Source of the DNA: a virus
Taxonomy: Duplodnaviria; Caudoviricetes
Length of the DNA stretch: 64,000 bases
IMG/VR virus record: IMGVR_UViG_3300031555_010338
Reading direction: 5' to 3' (one strand)
How positions within the stretch are numbered: position 1 is the first letter of the stretch; the number at the start of each line of letters is the position of its first letter. The notes below the pieces were generated by a model. The model ran no database searches. It was not told the DNA's origin and was given only the letters and a program-made list of their open reading frames with translations. Of this stretch, positions 18,331 through 29,528 are shown piece by piece. Made by a program: the position numbers and the translations under genes.

Positions 18331-19571
18331 GCCGCTTTGTCGCTCCTTTGCGGACGATAAGCACTGGTATCAAAATCAACATCGCAAAACGCTTTTACTC
18401 CGGTATAACTACATACGCAAATAAGCTGCTGCTGAGCGCCATAAATGCGCTTTCCTACGCAATAGTCATCCATACCAAGAAAGCTTCCTGCCATGATTGT
18501 TTTTACACCCTGTACATTGTCGATTTTGTTATGATGCAAATGGCCTGACAGAATTGCATATACTGGCTCTTTCGCCATTGTCTGCAAAGACTGAACTTTG
18601 CTTGCAGATCCATCATAATCGCCATGTACACCAAGATAGGTCTTCCCTCTGATGTCGAGCAGATACATAGTATCGTCTATCTTGCGATAGTGGTCAAACA
18701 CAATGTTCTCAAAATTCTGCAACCTTGCTTTCAGATACCACTCAACCAGATCATCCATTCGTTCATGCGGTGAAGCAAGCTCCTTCTCTTCCAATCTGGA
18801 ATGATTTCCAGCAACAGAAGAGAAATACACATGGCGGAAATGTTTGCTCAGTTCTGCAAGGAATTCAGAAATCAACTCAGAAACTCCTACAACCTGCTCA
18901 ATCACATTTTCTCGGTTAGATACCGCAATAGACTTATGAATATTGCCACTGATTAAGTCTCCATTTGCCCAAACATAGCAATTCTCTGCTCCATATCGTT
19001 CTGCCGTCTCAACAATGCTGACAAGATACTCTTGCAGCAACTGCCGGCACACATCAGAATTATAATAATTCCAGTAATTGTCTACACATGCGCCAAAATG
19101 CAGATCATTCAAGCTGACAAGCAAATCGCTGTCAGAAGCTTCAACAGAATTAGGCGCATATACAAGCTGAGGGATCACGCCATTCGTGATTGCTCGTTCC
19201 AGGATATCTGCATTCTCATCTTCACGAGCCATCTTACGCACAACCTTATTCAGCGCATTGCGCTGGTCAAAGAATCGCTGACGCTCCTTCTGGAATTCAA
19301 GCATCTTACGATCAAGCTCACTCAGATACGATGTCTCATCACCACTCTGGGCATACTTTGTTTTGAAATACTTCATCACATTGTAACCGGAATACGGTGT
19401 GACGTTCGCAGCCTTACGCAAGCTGTCATAGTGGATATTCAGGCCAAGCAGATCTACAATATCAGACCATTCAAGATCTGTTGGGTTTTGCTCAACCTTT
19501 GTTTCAATCAGGCGAAGACCGTACTCATACTCGCTTTCGTTTTCAAGCCGATTATATTTTGGATTCATCAT
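18327..19571 (-). CDS. Calcineurin-like metallophosphoesterase
   Basis: DLH, GD, GNH, HGD, GHLHH motifs. Confidence 0.8.
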   Translation of the reverse strand: MMNPKYNRLENESEYEYGLRLIETKVEQNPTDLEWSDIVDLLGLNIHYDSLRKAANVTPYSGYNVMKYFKTKYAQSGDETSYLSELDRKMLEFQKERQRFFDQRNALNKVVRKMAREDENADILERAITNGVIPQLVYAPNSVEASDSDLLVSLNDLHFGACVDNYWNYYNSDVCRQLLQEYLVSIVETAERYGAENCYVWANGDLISGNIHKSIAVSNRENVIEQVVGVSELISEFLAELSKHFRHVYFSSVAGNHSRLEEKELASPHERMDDLVEWYLKARLQNFENIVFDHYRKIDDTMYLLDIRGKTYLGVHGDYDGSASKVQSLQTMAKEPVYAILSGHLHHNKIDNVQGVKTIMAGSFLGMDDYCVGKRIYGAQQQLICVCSYTGVKAFCDVDFDTSAYRPQRSDKAA

Positions 19572-19765
19572 TCGTCCCTCCCGTCTGGTGGTATAGGGAC
19601 GATTCTGTGAATTGACAGCGTAATACCTACTACACCGTCCCATCGTTTCAAAAACTCGGTCAGACTATAACTTCTAACAAAATCTTTTCCGTACTCCGTT
19701 ATCGTCATGTCTTTTGTGTCAATGATGGCGTTTGTAAAGCTTTCACTTTTCAACGTCTGCGCCAT
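19568..19765 (-). CDS. YonK-like small protein
   Basis: 65 aa with pattern SF.NA.ID...TITE.....YSL...L..WDG; SPbeta-like synteny. Confidence 0.55.
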   Translation of the reverse strand: MAQTLKSESFTNAIIDTKDMTITEYGKDFVRSYSLTEFLKRWDGVVGITLSIHRIVPIPPDGRDE

Positions 19766-19766
19766 C

Positions 19767-20000
19767 TCATTGACCTCTCTGCTGAATCAGGCGCTTACGC
19801 TTCAATTCTCGCTCACGATCAATTCTCGCTACGATCTCAGCCGCCGCATGGTTTGTACCAGCAATCGCCCTCATCATACTCTCATTCTCTGTTGCATAGT
19901 AATGATGCCGCTTGGAGTCCTGCATCATCGTTCTCGTTACTTTGTACTCAGGATACAGTTCCCGAAGCACACGAGCCTCTTCCTTTGTCACTGGAATCAT
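19767..20000 (-). CDS. Hypothetical protein
   Basis: 77 aa ORF in operon. Confidence 0.55.
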   Translation of the reverse strand: MIPVTKEEARVLRELYPEYKVTRTMMQDSKRHHYYATENESMMRAIAGTNHAAAEIVARIDRERELKRKRLIQQRGQ

Positions 20001-20257
20001 GTAATTTTCAGTCCTTCTTTATAAGATGTCCCAGGCTGTGAGGATAAACCCCACAGCCATACGGACGGGAGATGCCGATTATCTTAATAAAAACGGTTTT
20101 CTTCCCTTATAGGTATTTATCGTTTTGGGACAGAAAACATCGTTGATGAACGACCACAACTAAGCCAAAAGTCAATTTTTATCGACTTATTTGTGCGCTT
20201 TAACAAGCGTTGTTCAACGGCATTTTGTCAAAGCCGGACTTCAAAATAAAAACCGTC

Positions 20258-23035
20258 TTAATTCTTATGACTTTGGTAATATCTGGCGTTTCGCTTAGCT
20301 CTTTTCTCCTTATCCCGCACATCTTGACAAGCGTCGCAGCGCTTCTTGTTCTTCACAATTCCATCGACCTCGAAATCCTTTCCGCAATCAATACAGCGAA
20401 TGGTCTTTTTGACAATAGGATGATAGACGGCGCAATTATTACAAAGCTTCTGCTGCGCAGTCATCGGAACAAAGCGCTCTCCGCATTTCTTACACTGGAT
20501 AGATCCATCTGGCAGATTATTCCGAAGGTTGGTCAAAACCATATCGCCAAAACACATCCAGAAAACATTTTTCCGTTTACTCTGTTTGGTGTGGAAAAGA
20601 TACTTTACGAGAACATCACATACATCCTTCATGTCGTACCCAAGAGCGGCGAATCGCTCCAAAATCATATCTCGCACATATGCAAGGTTTGTCATATCGT
20701 CATAGAAGCTGATTGCGTAACGATACTGTTTTTCGATTTCGTTATATAAGTCAACAACGTCCTGTAACATACTCACCTTCAAGGAAGGATTATTGAGCAT
20801 GTACTGATATCGAAAAACACCAATGTTCCTTGCAGAAAAGGACATACGCTTGTTTGGAACGATTGCTTCCAGACGGTTTACTGCACTGTAATTCAACCGC
20901 TGTACTCTGCCGCCATCCTTTTTCTTCGCATATACAAAGAAATGTGGGGCTTTCATGCTGGTAATTCTCGCCAGTCTTGCGTTTACATCGTCCGGACGAG
21001 TTGGCTTAAACAAAGTCTTCGCATAGTCAATACAGAAGTTGTTCTCCATACACAAGATCTTAATAGCGTCGATATCTACATCGTCGCTGTTCCAGATTTT
21101 CGTGATGTCGTTGCTGATAACACCGATATTGCCTCCAGTCCAGGCCGCACGAAGACCTTTGAATATCTCTTCATTTGTTATGGTGACAGCGCCGGCCTTT
21201 GCCATCTCATAATACAGAGGGACAATGCCTTCCATGTTTCGCTCCGCGATTTCTACCAAAAGACGATCCGCGCATACAAGGCTCTTATCTCCATCGCAGT
21301 CAAACTGCAAAATCTTTGAAATAAGATCATGACAACTCGTATAAATAGCGTTTGGAGTAAACCACTTTCTTGTCATTGGTGTAACGACATTACGCCGTAC
21401 TGCATGTTCTCTATACAAATGTGGCGAACGCAAACAATCCAGCTTCTCAATATTGCGATAAAGATAGCAAGATACCTCGCCATCAGCCAGCAAACCCTTT
21501 GGATCTCGATTACCAAGGAAAAGCCACTCGCAAAATGCGTACAAATCAGGAATTAAGAACATATACTTCGCAGACAAATCCAGCTTTGCTGCCTTTGCCT
21601 CTTGCACCAGGTTCTTTTTTATCTGTCGAAGCATTTCCTTTGTGTACGGATCAGAAAGAAGCTCTGGATAAATCTGCAAACACTCCTGAAAGGCATTTTT
21701 GTTTTTGAACTGAGAAGAAGCACCGAAAACATCAAGCATGGTTTCACGATCAGACGCGATCCTAACAATCTTGTCAACGGACTTCTCAGCAAGTGACTGC
21801 AGCTCTTCTTCCGTAATATCTGTCAGTGTCTGAAGCATCTGATAATTCAGCTTTGCGTCAGGAAGAAAGTCTTCTTCCTCATTGCACTTGCCAGCCGTGC
21901 ATCCATTTTCAAGATACATCGCAATATACTCATTCCAACTTTCGTAGTATTTGTACATCTTGAACTGGCTTTTAGTAAAAATTACCTCAATGCCCTCAGC
22001 AATGATATCATGCTCTTTCCCGTAAATATCCTTTACAACGCCATGGCTTACACTCGGATCGTTCTGATCTGCCTCTCTTATAAATCGGTCAAACGGGAAT
22101 ACCGCAAGAAGACCTTTTACCCAAGGCAAACGAACCATTGTGTTTTTGGGACAGCAGGTAGGTAGCACCATGCCGCACCCATCTGTATGTGTGATTGGGA
22201 TATCCATTTGCTTTCGCTCTGTCTGATATGTTCGGTGGTCAATAAAATCCACTGTGCCAGCAACCAATGTTTCCATATCATCGACTACGATAGACTTTTG
22301 AATATCAAAACCATCCCAAGGATCTGTTGCACTATTGCAAAGAGCAAGGTAAGCAAGATATTTATTGATGTTAATACCTCCGCGCTCATTGATGCTATCA
22401 ACTGTCAGGCCACACATCAGAGTTTTTTGATACTTCTCCCAAACCTTCTCTTTGATGAACACTGTTTTCTTTGTTCGGATCTGGCCGGCAGAAGCAGTAA
22501 AGCAAATATAACGCTCTCCGTTGTAGGTATATCCATTCAGAATCATATCTTCAATGACATCGAAGTAATATGTACGAATAACCATGAAATCGTCATACAG
22601 CTTGCCGGTTTGCATACCAAGGGTTCTTGTCAACATCGACTCAAACACAGAGATGATGTTCTTATCGATTACATACTCGCTTCTCAACTCTCTCGTCTCC
22701 CTATGTTTCTGCAACAGAGAAACAAGCTCATCCTTATACAGCTTCATCGCTGTATTTTTGCCCTTCAGCTCTTTGTTGATCTGGCGAATACGATCCTTGT
22801 CGCCTATTTCTACCTGCTCATCACGGCGAATCTTATACAGCGCACGATACTGAGACTGAGCCTTTTCGAGTGAAAGTCCGCCGTAGTGATAGCTTGATAG
22901 TATTTCCCGCTCTGCCTTCAACTTGTTCTTTTCGTTGCAGAGCTTGTTTATTTCAATCTCCAGCTTGCGCTCTTCGTCCGTATAAAACGCACTGGTATCA
23001 AAGCTGTAGATATGGATTTGCTTATCGAGACTTAT
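20258..23035 (-). CDS. YonO-like single-subunit (double-psi barrel) RNA polymerase
   Basis: Catalytic QFDCDGD, SAGQIRTKK, TDGCG, LRSPHL motifs; frame extends to ATA at 23035 with AAGGAGG RBS. Confidence 0.85.
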   Translation of the reverse strand: MSLDKQIHIYSFDTSAFYTDEERKLEIEINKLCNEKNKLKAEREILSSYHYGGLSLEKAQSQYRALYKIRRDEQVEIGDKDRIRQINKELKGKNTAMKLYKDELVSLLQKHRETRELRSEYVIDKNIISVFESMLTRTLGMQTGKLYDDFMVIRTYYFDVIEDMILNGYTYNGERYICFTASAGQIRTKKTVFIKEKVWEKYQKTLMCGLTVDSINERGGININKYLAYLALCNSATDPWDGFDIQKSIVVDDMETLVAGTVDFIDHRTYQTERKQMDIPITHTDGCGMVLPTCCPKNTMVRLPWVKGLLAVFPFDRFIREADQNDPSVSHGVVKDIYGKEHDIIAEGIEVIFTKSQFKMYKYYESWNEYIAMYLENGCTAGKCNEEEDFLPDAKLNYQMLQTLTDITEEELQSLAEKSVDKIVRIASDRETMLDVFGASSQFKNKNAFQECLQIYPELLSDPYTKEMLRQIKKNLVQEAKAAKLDLSAKYMFLIPDLYAFCEWLFLGNRDPKGLLADGEVSCYLYRNIEKLDCLRSPHLYREHAVRRNVVTPMTRKWFTPNAIYTSCHDLISKILQFDCDGDKSLVCADRLLVEIAERNMEGIVPLYYEMAKAGAVTITNEEIFKGLRAAWTGGNIGVISNDITKIWNSDDVDIDAIKILCMENNFCIDYAKTLFKPTRPDDVNARLARITSMKAPHFFVYAKKKDGGRVQRLNYSAVNRLEAIVPNKRMSFSARNIGVFRYQYMLNNPSLKVSMLQDVVDLYNEIEKQYRYAISFYDDMTNLAYVRDMILERFAALGYDMKDVCDVLVKYLFHTKQSKRKNVFWMCFGDMVLTNLRNNLPDGSIQCKKCGERFVPMTAQQKLCNNCAVYHPIVKKTIRCIDCGKDFEVDGIVKNKKRCDACQDVRDKEKRAKRNARYYQSHKN

Positions 23036-23053
23036 AATGCAACCCTCCTTGGG

Positions 23054-23392
23054 TTATTCTTCTACCTTAATGAGATCGCCTGTCCAGAACAACCAAGTAG
23101 GCTCTTCTTTCAAACTTACGACGGTTTTCAACTTTCCGCCGCGTTCATCACGACTTACCGTAAAAATCTGTTCCGTATTATTTTCTACGAACTGCTTATA
23201 TTGTTCTGACAGCCTATCGTAATCGGCGTGTCCCTGGATAGCCTTCAAGTTCAGTCTTACTTTGTCGCCGTCTTCCAGATCCACTGGAGACACATCCATT
23301 TCTTTCAGCCGCAAATATACGTCAGCGATGCGCTTATCTACGCCCTTCTTTTTCGCAGCCTTCACGAAATTTCTCTTCTGCTTTCGATTCAT
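23054..23392 (-). CDS. Hypothetical protein
   Basis: 112 aa ORF. Confidence 0.6.
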   Translation of the reverse strand: MNRKQKRNFVKAAKKKGVDKRIADVYLRLKEMDVSPVDLEDGDKVRLNLKAIQGHADYDRLSEQYKQFVENNTEQIFTVSRDERGGKLKTVVSLKEEPTWLFWTGDLIKVEE

Positions 23393-23946
23393 CAGGCAAC
23401 TCCCTTTTGGTTCAGATAGGTTTCCAGAGAGTCCAAAATCTCTTCAACAAATGCGATCCAGTTGGGATCGATGCGAATCTCATTCTTATGGATGCGGTAA
23501 TACTGCGGAGCAGAGTCGCCCATGACATAGCCCATTGCCTGCCAGTCACAAATCATCTCCAGATATGCGCACAGCTTCTCATCAACACCGCCATAGTTAA
23601 TGAAAGTGCCGTCCTCTGCCACCCAATACTGCCAATGGTGGTCGTTTCGGGAGTAATGGCATCTCCACGCCTGCTCATACGCAGCTTCATTTACAGTCTC
23701 ACCATCAATGGGGTAGAAATGCTGACGATACGGCAGGAACTCTTCCTCGCTCATCTTACTGTCATCATGCCGGCGCACACGCCAATTCATTTCGTTAATA
23801 ATACAGTCTCTCTGCAGCAGAGGGATATCCTTCAGTGCCTCTTTCAGCTCAGCCCACGCAAGAATAATGTTCTTCTTGTGCTGCTCGATATAGGCCATAT
23901 ACTCGCTTGTCTTTTCCATCCAAGCACCCTTATTAAACTCGCTCAT
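23392..23946 (-). CDS. DUF5662-like HD-fold protein
   Basis: HDDSK, HYSRNDHHWQYW, EMICDW motifs. Confidence 0.65.
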   Translation of the reverse strand: MSEFNKGAWMEKTSEYMAYIEQHKKNIILAWAELKEALKDIPLLQRDCIINEMNWRVRRHDDSKMSEEEFLPYRQHFYPIDGETVNEAAYEQAWRCHYSRNDHHWQYWVAEDGTFINYGGVDEKLCAYLEMICDWQAMGYVMGDSAPQYYRIHKNEIRIDPNWIAFVEEILDSLETYLNQKGVA

Positions 23947-23959
23947 ACCGTTCTCCTTC

Positions 23960-25123
23960 CTATGCGAACATAGATCTTAACTTTTTGATGTTTTTGGCAA
24001 GCAGCAACGCCGCAGTCTCTACATCGTCGCTCGTATTGCTTGAACCAAAAGAAATCCGTATCGTGCAATGCGCATCTTTAGCGCTCATACCGATGGCCGT
24101 TAAAACATGGCTTGGCTCCAAAGAACCTGCGGAGCAAGCAGAAGCCGCAGAAATGCAAACTCCATCCGCATCCATAAGTCGTAACAACGCTTCCGCTTCA
24201 ATTCCAGTGTTTGTTATGCTCAAAATATTCGGCAGGCACATACCATCGAAATCCGAATTGACGCGGTACATACACCCGTTATCTTCCATAGCCTTAACAA
24301 ACGTGCTTTTAAGATATGCGTATCTTCGGATATATTCAGAAAGATAATCCTGCGTATTACGCGCCGCTGCACCAAGTCCAACAATAGCAGCCACGCTCTC
24401 TGTGCCAGAACGCATTCCTCGTTCCTGACCTCCACCGATGATAATTGGTGAGATATTCTTCATAACAGAAGCCTTGACATATAGTGCGCCGATACCCTGT
24501 ACTGTACCAAACTTATGTCCGCTCATGGACAGCAGATCAACGCCAAGCGACTTCACATCTACCACCATATGTCCAACCGCCTGTACAGCATCTGTATGTA
24601 CCAAGCAATCACACTGATGGCAGATAGATGAAATAACAGACATTTTCTGTACCACACCAATCTCATTATTTGCAAGCATCACGCTTACAAGGCCGACATC
24701 ACCAACCTGCAAATACTCATGGAGAACAGACACATTTACTCTTCCAAACTGGTCAACTGGTAAAATCTTTACTGTCATACCAGCATCGGCCAGCGGCTTT
24801 TGCAAGTTTAGAATCGCATGATGTTCGATGGCGCTTATCACAACGGTTGTCTTGCCAATCCTTTTCAAATATGGAACCATACCCATAATCGCCATATTGT
24901 CTGACTCAGTTCCACCAGAAGTAAAGATGATTTCTTCCTTCTTGTCGGCGTTAATGAGCCGCATTACATCATGCCTCGCTCCTTCGATTGCTTCTTTTGC
25001 GGCTCTTCCTGCCGAATGCAGCGTACTCGGATTGCCAAAATGTTCCCCATCCAACCACGGCAGCATTGCCATGCGAACGGAAGGGAGAACTCTGGTTGTA
25101 GCTGCATGATCCAAATAAATCAT
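23960..25123 (-). CDS. iscS: Cysteine desulfurase (IscS/NifS)
   Basis: IYLDHAATT, HTDAVQ, SGHKF, RSGTE, SAASACSAG motifs. Confidence 0.93.
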   Translation of the reverse strand: MIYLDHAATTRVLPSVRMAMLPWLDGEHFGNPSTLHSAGRAAKEAIEGARHDVMRLINADKKEEIIFTSGGTESDNMAIMGMVPYLKRIGKTTVVISAIEHHAILNLQKPLADAGMTVKILPVDQFGRVNVSVLHEYLQVGDVGLVSVMLANNEIGVVQKMSVISSICHQCDCLVHTDAVQAVGHMVVDVKSLGVDLLSMSGHKFGTVQGIGALYVKASVMKNISPIIIGGGQERGMRSGTESVAAIVGLGAAARNTQDYLSEYIRRYAYLKSTFVKAMEDNGCMYRVNSDFDGMCLPNILSITNTGIEAEALLRLMDADGVCISAASACSAGSLEPSHVLTAIGMSAKDAHCTIRISFGSSNTSDDVETAALLLAKNIKKLRSMFA

Positions 25124-25393
25124 AAATCTCACCATCCTCGGCTGGGACGGGCGTTAGCCCGTCCGTAGCCATCGATAACAAAAATATTGGATACTAACAA
25201 CTGGTTTGTTAGTGTTTAGCCATTTGCCTCTTGGACAACAGAACGATATTCTTCGTCGTTCTCCTTCAAGATGTTTTGATAATATAGAATGTCGCTCTCC
25301 TGATTTGTCGGAGTGTAGTCCTCACATCGGGCGCTTGACTTGCAACTGTCTTCCCAGAGACATCCGCGACATGTATTCTCGTCATGTTTCATA

Positions 25394-25723
25394 CTAAATC
25401 GATTCCTTTCCTTGACCTACATGCGCATTCTCATCTCCAATCTTCTCTAATCGTTTCTTCCTGCCCTGTTCAAGACGCGCCTTTGACGCTTCTATCTGCG
25501 CCTGTGTAAGACAAACTTTCTTTTTGGGTTTTACCTTGAACCACGATGCTGGGATATGAGCCAACAGACTGCCATCTTCGTTGACATGTCTGATCTCTAC
25601 CTCGTCGGGATACTGCTCTTTCAGCTTCCAAATGAGATTGATCCACTTCTTCTCACTGCTGTAAAAACTTGCGTAATCCTCGCCAGCTACATGGTCGATT
25701 GCTGTTTCTCTGATTTCGCTCAA
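25394..25723 (-). CDS. Hypothetical protein
   Basis: 109 aa ORF. Confidence 0.55.
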   Translation of the reverse strand: MSEIRETAIDHVAGEDYASFYSSEKKWINLIWKLKEQYPDEVEIRHVNEDGSLLAHIPASWFKVKPKKKVCLTQAQIEASKARLEQGRKKRLEKIGDENAHVGQGKESI

Positions 25724-25927
25724 ACTGATTCCTCAATTACACGCTGATTCAGAAACGCCACGATTTTTTCCTTGCAGATCTCACGACCAGTCTTACGGAA
25801 CCCATCGACTGCGGAACAATCGCCACCACAAATCAATACACATGGCGGCAGCACCACACGATCTGCTAAAAATTCAGCCATAGCTTCTGGCGAAGAAGAA
25901 ATTTTCTGGAATAATGTTGCATTGCTG

Positions 25928-26500
25928 TTATCCATCGAAGCCCTCCATTCGCTCAAAAGTTACGACCCATACAAATGGGTTATTTGTCCAGCCATACTTT
26001 TCTCGCTTAGCTTCTGATAATGAACCATCCCACATTTCTGCGAATGTCACCTCTGGGAGCAATGTGCCTCTCAACCAAACACCCTCACGAGCAATATCCA
26101 GCATGGAAATATCGTGAAGCTTTTCAAATCCAACGTGAGTAACTTTCAAATAAAGACGAACCGCGTCTTTTGGCATATGAACAGATGACTTCCAGGCTGT
26201 CAAATGCCAACCAGCCGGCATTGCGTCATCCGCCTTATACACATACTCTCCATCAAGCTCTGCCCAGGTTTCTTTTACACCAATAACATCTCCGATTTCA
26301 TACGGCGGCTTAATGACCTCGCCTCCGATATTCGGTGAATCTTGGATACCCGCAAACAAACCGGCTGCGGTCATCGTGCCACCTAAAATATCCTGTTTCT
26401 TCAAGGCGAATCGCATTTGAGTTTTTCTACCTTCCAGTATTCCACTCACCGCTTCGCCATTAAGCCGTATGTACTTTACTTCCCTGTCAATCATCGGCAA
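25928..26500 (-). CDS. ASCH/PUA-like domain protein
   Basis: ILEGRKTQMR, PYEIGDVIGVKETW, NPFVWVVTFER. Confidence 0.6.
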   Translation of the reverse strand: MPMIDREVKYIRLNGEAVSGILEGRKTQMRFALKKQDILGGTMTAAGLFAGIQDSPNIGGEVIKPPYEIGDVIGVKETWAELDGEYVYKADDAMPAGWHLTAWKSSVHMPKDAVRLYLKVTHVGFEKLHDISMLDIAREGVWLRGTLLPEVTFAEMWDGSLSEAKREKYGWTNNPFVWVVTFERMEGFDG

Positions 26501-27242
26501 GCACTTCGATCCAAGGACGGTATGCCGGCATCGGCATCATCTTAAAAGCATTTGCATGATGAAGATTATCAATCTTGGCCTTAACTGCCTCATCGTCGCA
26601 TTTTCCAGTTCGGATGTAGGTATCAAGCGCAGCATATGTGAAGCCAAAATTATCCTCATCGGTCTTTCCGCTCAATCCATCAGACGGAACCTTATGGATA
26701 AGATCATCTGGCAGGCCAAGAACCTCGCCAATCTGAACAACCTCACCAACCGTCAACTGAGAAATCGGAGCAAATTGGCCTACACTGTCTCCAAACAAAG
26801 TGGAGTATCCAATCCAGTCCTCAGACAAATTACAGGTGTTTGCCACCCTGCCGTTGCAGCTCTGAGATACCGCAAATAAAGTTGCCATACGGATTCGCGC
26901 CGGCAGCTTTACTCTGGTTTGATGACTGGTAATAATACCAGTATTTCGCATACCACCAAGCACTTCCATAACCGCGTCTCGGATATTGATTTCAAAATGC
27001 TTAATGTTAAGGTGTTGCACAAGCGCATAGCTGGCAGAAATATCAGATTGAACGCCCTGTGGCATCAAAACACCAATCACACGATCTTTACCAAGAGCTT
27101 CTACACACAATGCGGCAACAACTGACGAATCTTTACCACCAGAAATACCGACGATTGCGTTACACGTTGCGCCATTCTTCTCAAAATAGTCTCTGATCCA
27201 TGCAACACACTCGTTTTTCACTTTCTCCGCATCAAAGCCCAT
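26487..27242 (-). CDS. nadE: NH3-dependent NAD+ synthetase
   Basis: GISGGKDSS, ARIRM, NLSEDWIGYST, KVPSDGL, TDEDNFG. Confidence 0.93.
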   Translation of the reverse strand: MGFDAEKVKNECVAWIRDYFEKNGATCNAIVGISGGKDSSVVAALCVEALGKDRVIGVLMPQGVQSDISASYALVQHLNIKHFEINIRDAVMEVLGGMRNTGIITSHQTRVKLPARIRMATLFAVSQSCNGRVANTCNLSEDWIGYSTLFGDSVGQFAPISQLTVGEVVQIGEVLGLPDDLIHKVPSDGLSGKTDEDNFGFTYAALDTYIRTGKCDDEAVKAKIDNLHHANAFKMMPMPAYRPWIEVLADD

Positions 27243-28735
27243 CAGAACCCTCCATTCTCAGCATGGAGACGGTTTCTGATTTCGCTCAGCGTGTATTCCT
27301 TAGTAATCGCACCATCACGGAACACAGTCTCCAGCATGTTTTCTCCGCTCACTGTTGCGGGTGTCAGCCCGTCTTCATATACGATCTGTCCGTCTGTATC
27401 GTGGTACACTCTACAAACCCCGCGCTGGCTCTTCTTGAATCTTCCAGTATCGGTCTTAGGATTTTTGAAAATCTCAAATCCCTTGCCGTTGACCTCTCCA
27501 TATGTCGCCTTAACCGCAATGCCAAACGTATCTCTGGTAAAGGGGTTAAGGATCGTTTCGTCCTTATCGTTGACTGTCTCGACGCACTGCATGGAAAAGC
27601 TGCCAACACCAAGAGAGACATTGTTGCAGGCAAATCCAGCCTCAATCAGTCTGCGGTAGATTTCAGCACAGCGATTTACGGTAATAGAATCACCGTACAA
27701 AGCCTTCACATGGGGGTCGAGAACCTTGTATCCCTTACTGTTTACGGTTCCTCCGAAAATGTCCCACAGATGAAATACAGTCTCAGTCACGATTTCAACA
27801 GGATCGCCGCTATCGCCGCGAACCAGAAGACATCCGTTATGGTTCATGATTTCATCCTTGAGCTGAGGAAGAATCTCATCAACCAAGTGCCAGTAGTCGT
27901 AGCTATCGGACACCATAGAGAAGTTGTGATTGGGATAAATCTCAGTCAGAAGTCGGCGCACGAAGGAGATCTCATCACCGTCGATGGCGTAGTTACTGCA
28001 CATCACGCTATGCTCCGTAGAGATTGCGCCGTATGCAACCGGCTCCTTAGTACAGTCGCAGTTATACATCTTTTCAAGGTACGGAATTGCGGGGACAGTT
28101 GCCGTATTGAGGAAAGACAGACAAAAACCAGCGCTGCTCTTAACGGCTGACTGCAAGCTCTCCTGACCACGGAAGGAGAAATCGCCCAGCGCACGACTGC
28201 GAGGAATATTGTCATCCACGGAAATGTCGTATGCACGATTGACGATCTCACGATACCAATAGCCAACATTGGCGGAAATCATCGGATGCCACAGCTCAGC
28301 GGACATCAAAGACTCAATGGTGTTCACCAGCCACGCAAAATCGGGGTGTGTATTGCTGATCTCGATCATAGGAACCTTGATAGGAACACGGGTTCCCTCA
28401 GGAATCGCCTTAATCTCCAAGGGCAGATACCCAAGCTTGTGCAGATCGACAATCTTACCAAGGTCATAAGTACCAACGCCAAGCGTACTGTCGAGAACTC
28501 TCTGATACTCAGCAGCGACCTCTTCACGACTACGGTTGAAGAAATACTTGTTGAAGTAGTCCACAAGATATGTCTTCAAAAACGCCTGCAAGCTGAACAT
28601 GACAAGCTTATCCTGACCGCCAATTCTGCTCATACGAGGTGTCAGATAAGACACCAGCTTTGTCAGGCCACTCGGATACTGCTCGTGGTGAGTAGTCTTG
28701 TAAAAATCCAGCAAAAGCAAAGGATTAGTTTCCAT
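27242..28735 (-). CDS. nadV: Nicotinamide/nicotinate phosphoribosyltransferase family (NadV/Namat-like)
   Basis: DFYKTTH, DFSFRG, TEHSVM, VSDSYD, VRGDSGDP, YGDSI motifs. Confidence 0.85.
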   Translation of the reverse strand: METNPLLLLDFYKTTHHEQYPSGLTKLVSYLTPRMSRIGGQDKLVMFSLQAFLKTYLVDYFNKYFFNRSREEVAAEYQRVLDSTLGVGTYDLGKIVDLHKLGYLPLEIKAIPEGTRVPIKVPMIEISNTHPDFAWLVNTIESLMSAELWHPMISANVGYWYREIVNRAYDISVDDNIPRSRALGDFSFRGQESLQSAVKSSAGFCLSFLNTATVPAIPYLEKMYNCDCTKEPVAYGAISTEHSVMCSNYAIDGDEISFVRRLLTEIYPNHNFSMVSDSYDYWHLVDEILPQLKDEIMNHNGCLLVRGDSGDPVEIVTETVFHLWDIFGGTVNSKGYKVLDPHVKALYGDSITVNRCAEIYRRLIEAGFACNNVSLGVGSFSMQCVETVNDKDETILNPFTRDTFGIAVKATYGEVNGKGFEIFKNPKTDTGRFKKSQRGVCRVYHDTDGQIVYEDGLTPATVSGENMLETVFRDGAITKEYTLSEIRNRLHAENGGF

Positions 28736-29528
28736 ATTTTAATTCCTCCACATCAAATACTGTAATCAGAGGGTGGTTCTTGCGGAAAATAGAGTTGGTG
28801 GTATAAATACCGGCCAAAAGTCCACTGTTGATAAGCTCCCCCTCAAGGATCGTGTTCTCGCAATGCGTTACATACAGAAACACATTCTCAACGCCCAGGC
28901 TCTTCAAAGCCCGTGCGGTATGTAAGAAAGTTCCGCCTTTACTACAAATATCATCGCAGATCAGCGCCGACTTCTTACCATTTAGGCCGTTGCCCATGAT
29001 TTCCAGCCCCTCGATTGCTCCGGTACTCCAATCACGCTTCTTTACGCCAAATGCGTATGGAATTCGGAACATGTCAGAGTAGCGCTTCATCGCACCCTCA
29101 TCTGGATACACCATAGCAATTTCAGACTGCATAATGTCATTCAGCGCCGCACTGACGAACTTATTTGGAGTAAAAACCTGAACTCTGTCGATCAGAGCAG
29201 CGGAAACGCTGGAATGAGGATCAAGTACATAGACGTTCTGGAAATGAAGGCTGTTGATAATGTCAGCAAAATACTTCAGCGTAAACACCTCATTATCCGC
29301 CTTTACACGATCCATCCTCGCATTCGGGATGTATGGCATATACAGGTTGATTGGGAAGCAACCATACTGGCGAAGATGGGACACAATATAGATCAGCGCA
29401 GGCAGCTCATGTTCGCCATCATACATCCATGTGACATTTTTAGCCTCGCCGCTAACACCGACCTTCAGCAGCGGAGTTCCATCCGGAAAATGTCTTAACT
29501 GAATTTCTTGTCCATTGACCTTAATCAT
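28725..29528 (-). CDS. Ribose-phosphate pyrophosphokinase family (Prs/Adps-like)
   Basis: FPDG, YIPNARMDR, DPHS, PDEGA, DDICSKGGTF. Confidence 0.85.
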   Translation of the reverse strand: MIKVNGQEIQLRHFPDGTPLLKVGVSGEAKNVTWMYDGEHELPALIYIVSHLRQYGCFPINLYMPYIPNARMDRVKADNEVFTLKYFADIINSLHFQNVYVLDPHSSVSAALIDRVQVFTPNKFVSAALNDIMQSEIAMVYPDEGAMKRYSDMFRIPYAFGVKKRDWSTGAIEGLEIMGNGLNGKKSALICDDICSKGGTFLHTARALKSLGVENVFLYVTHCENTILEGELINSGLLAGIYTTNSIFRKNHPLITVFDVEELKYGN

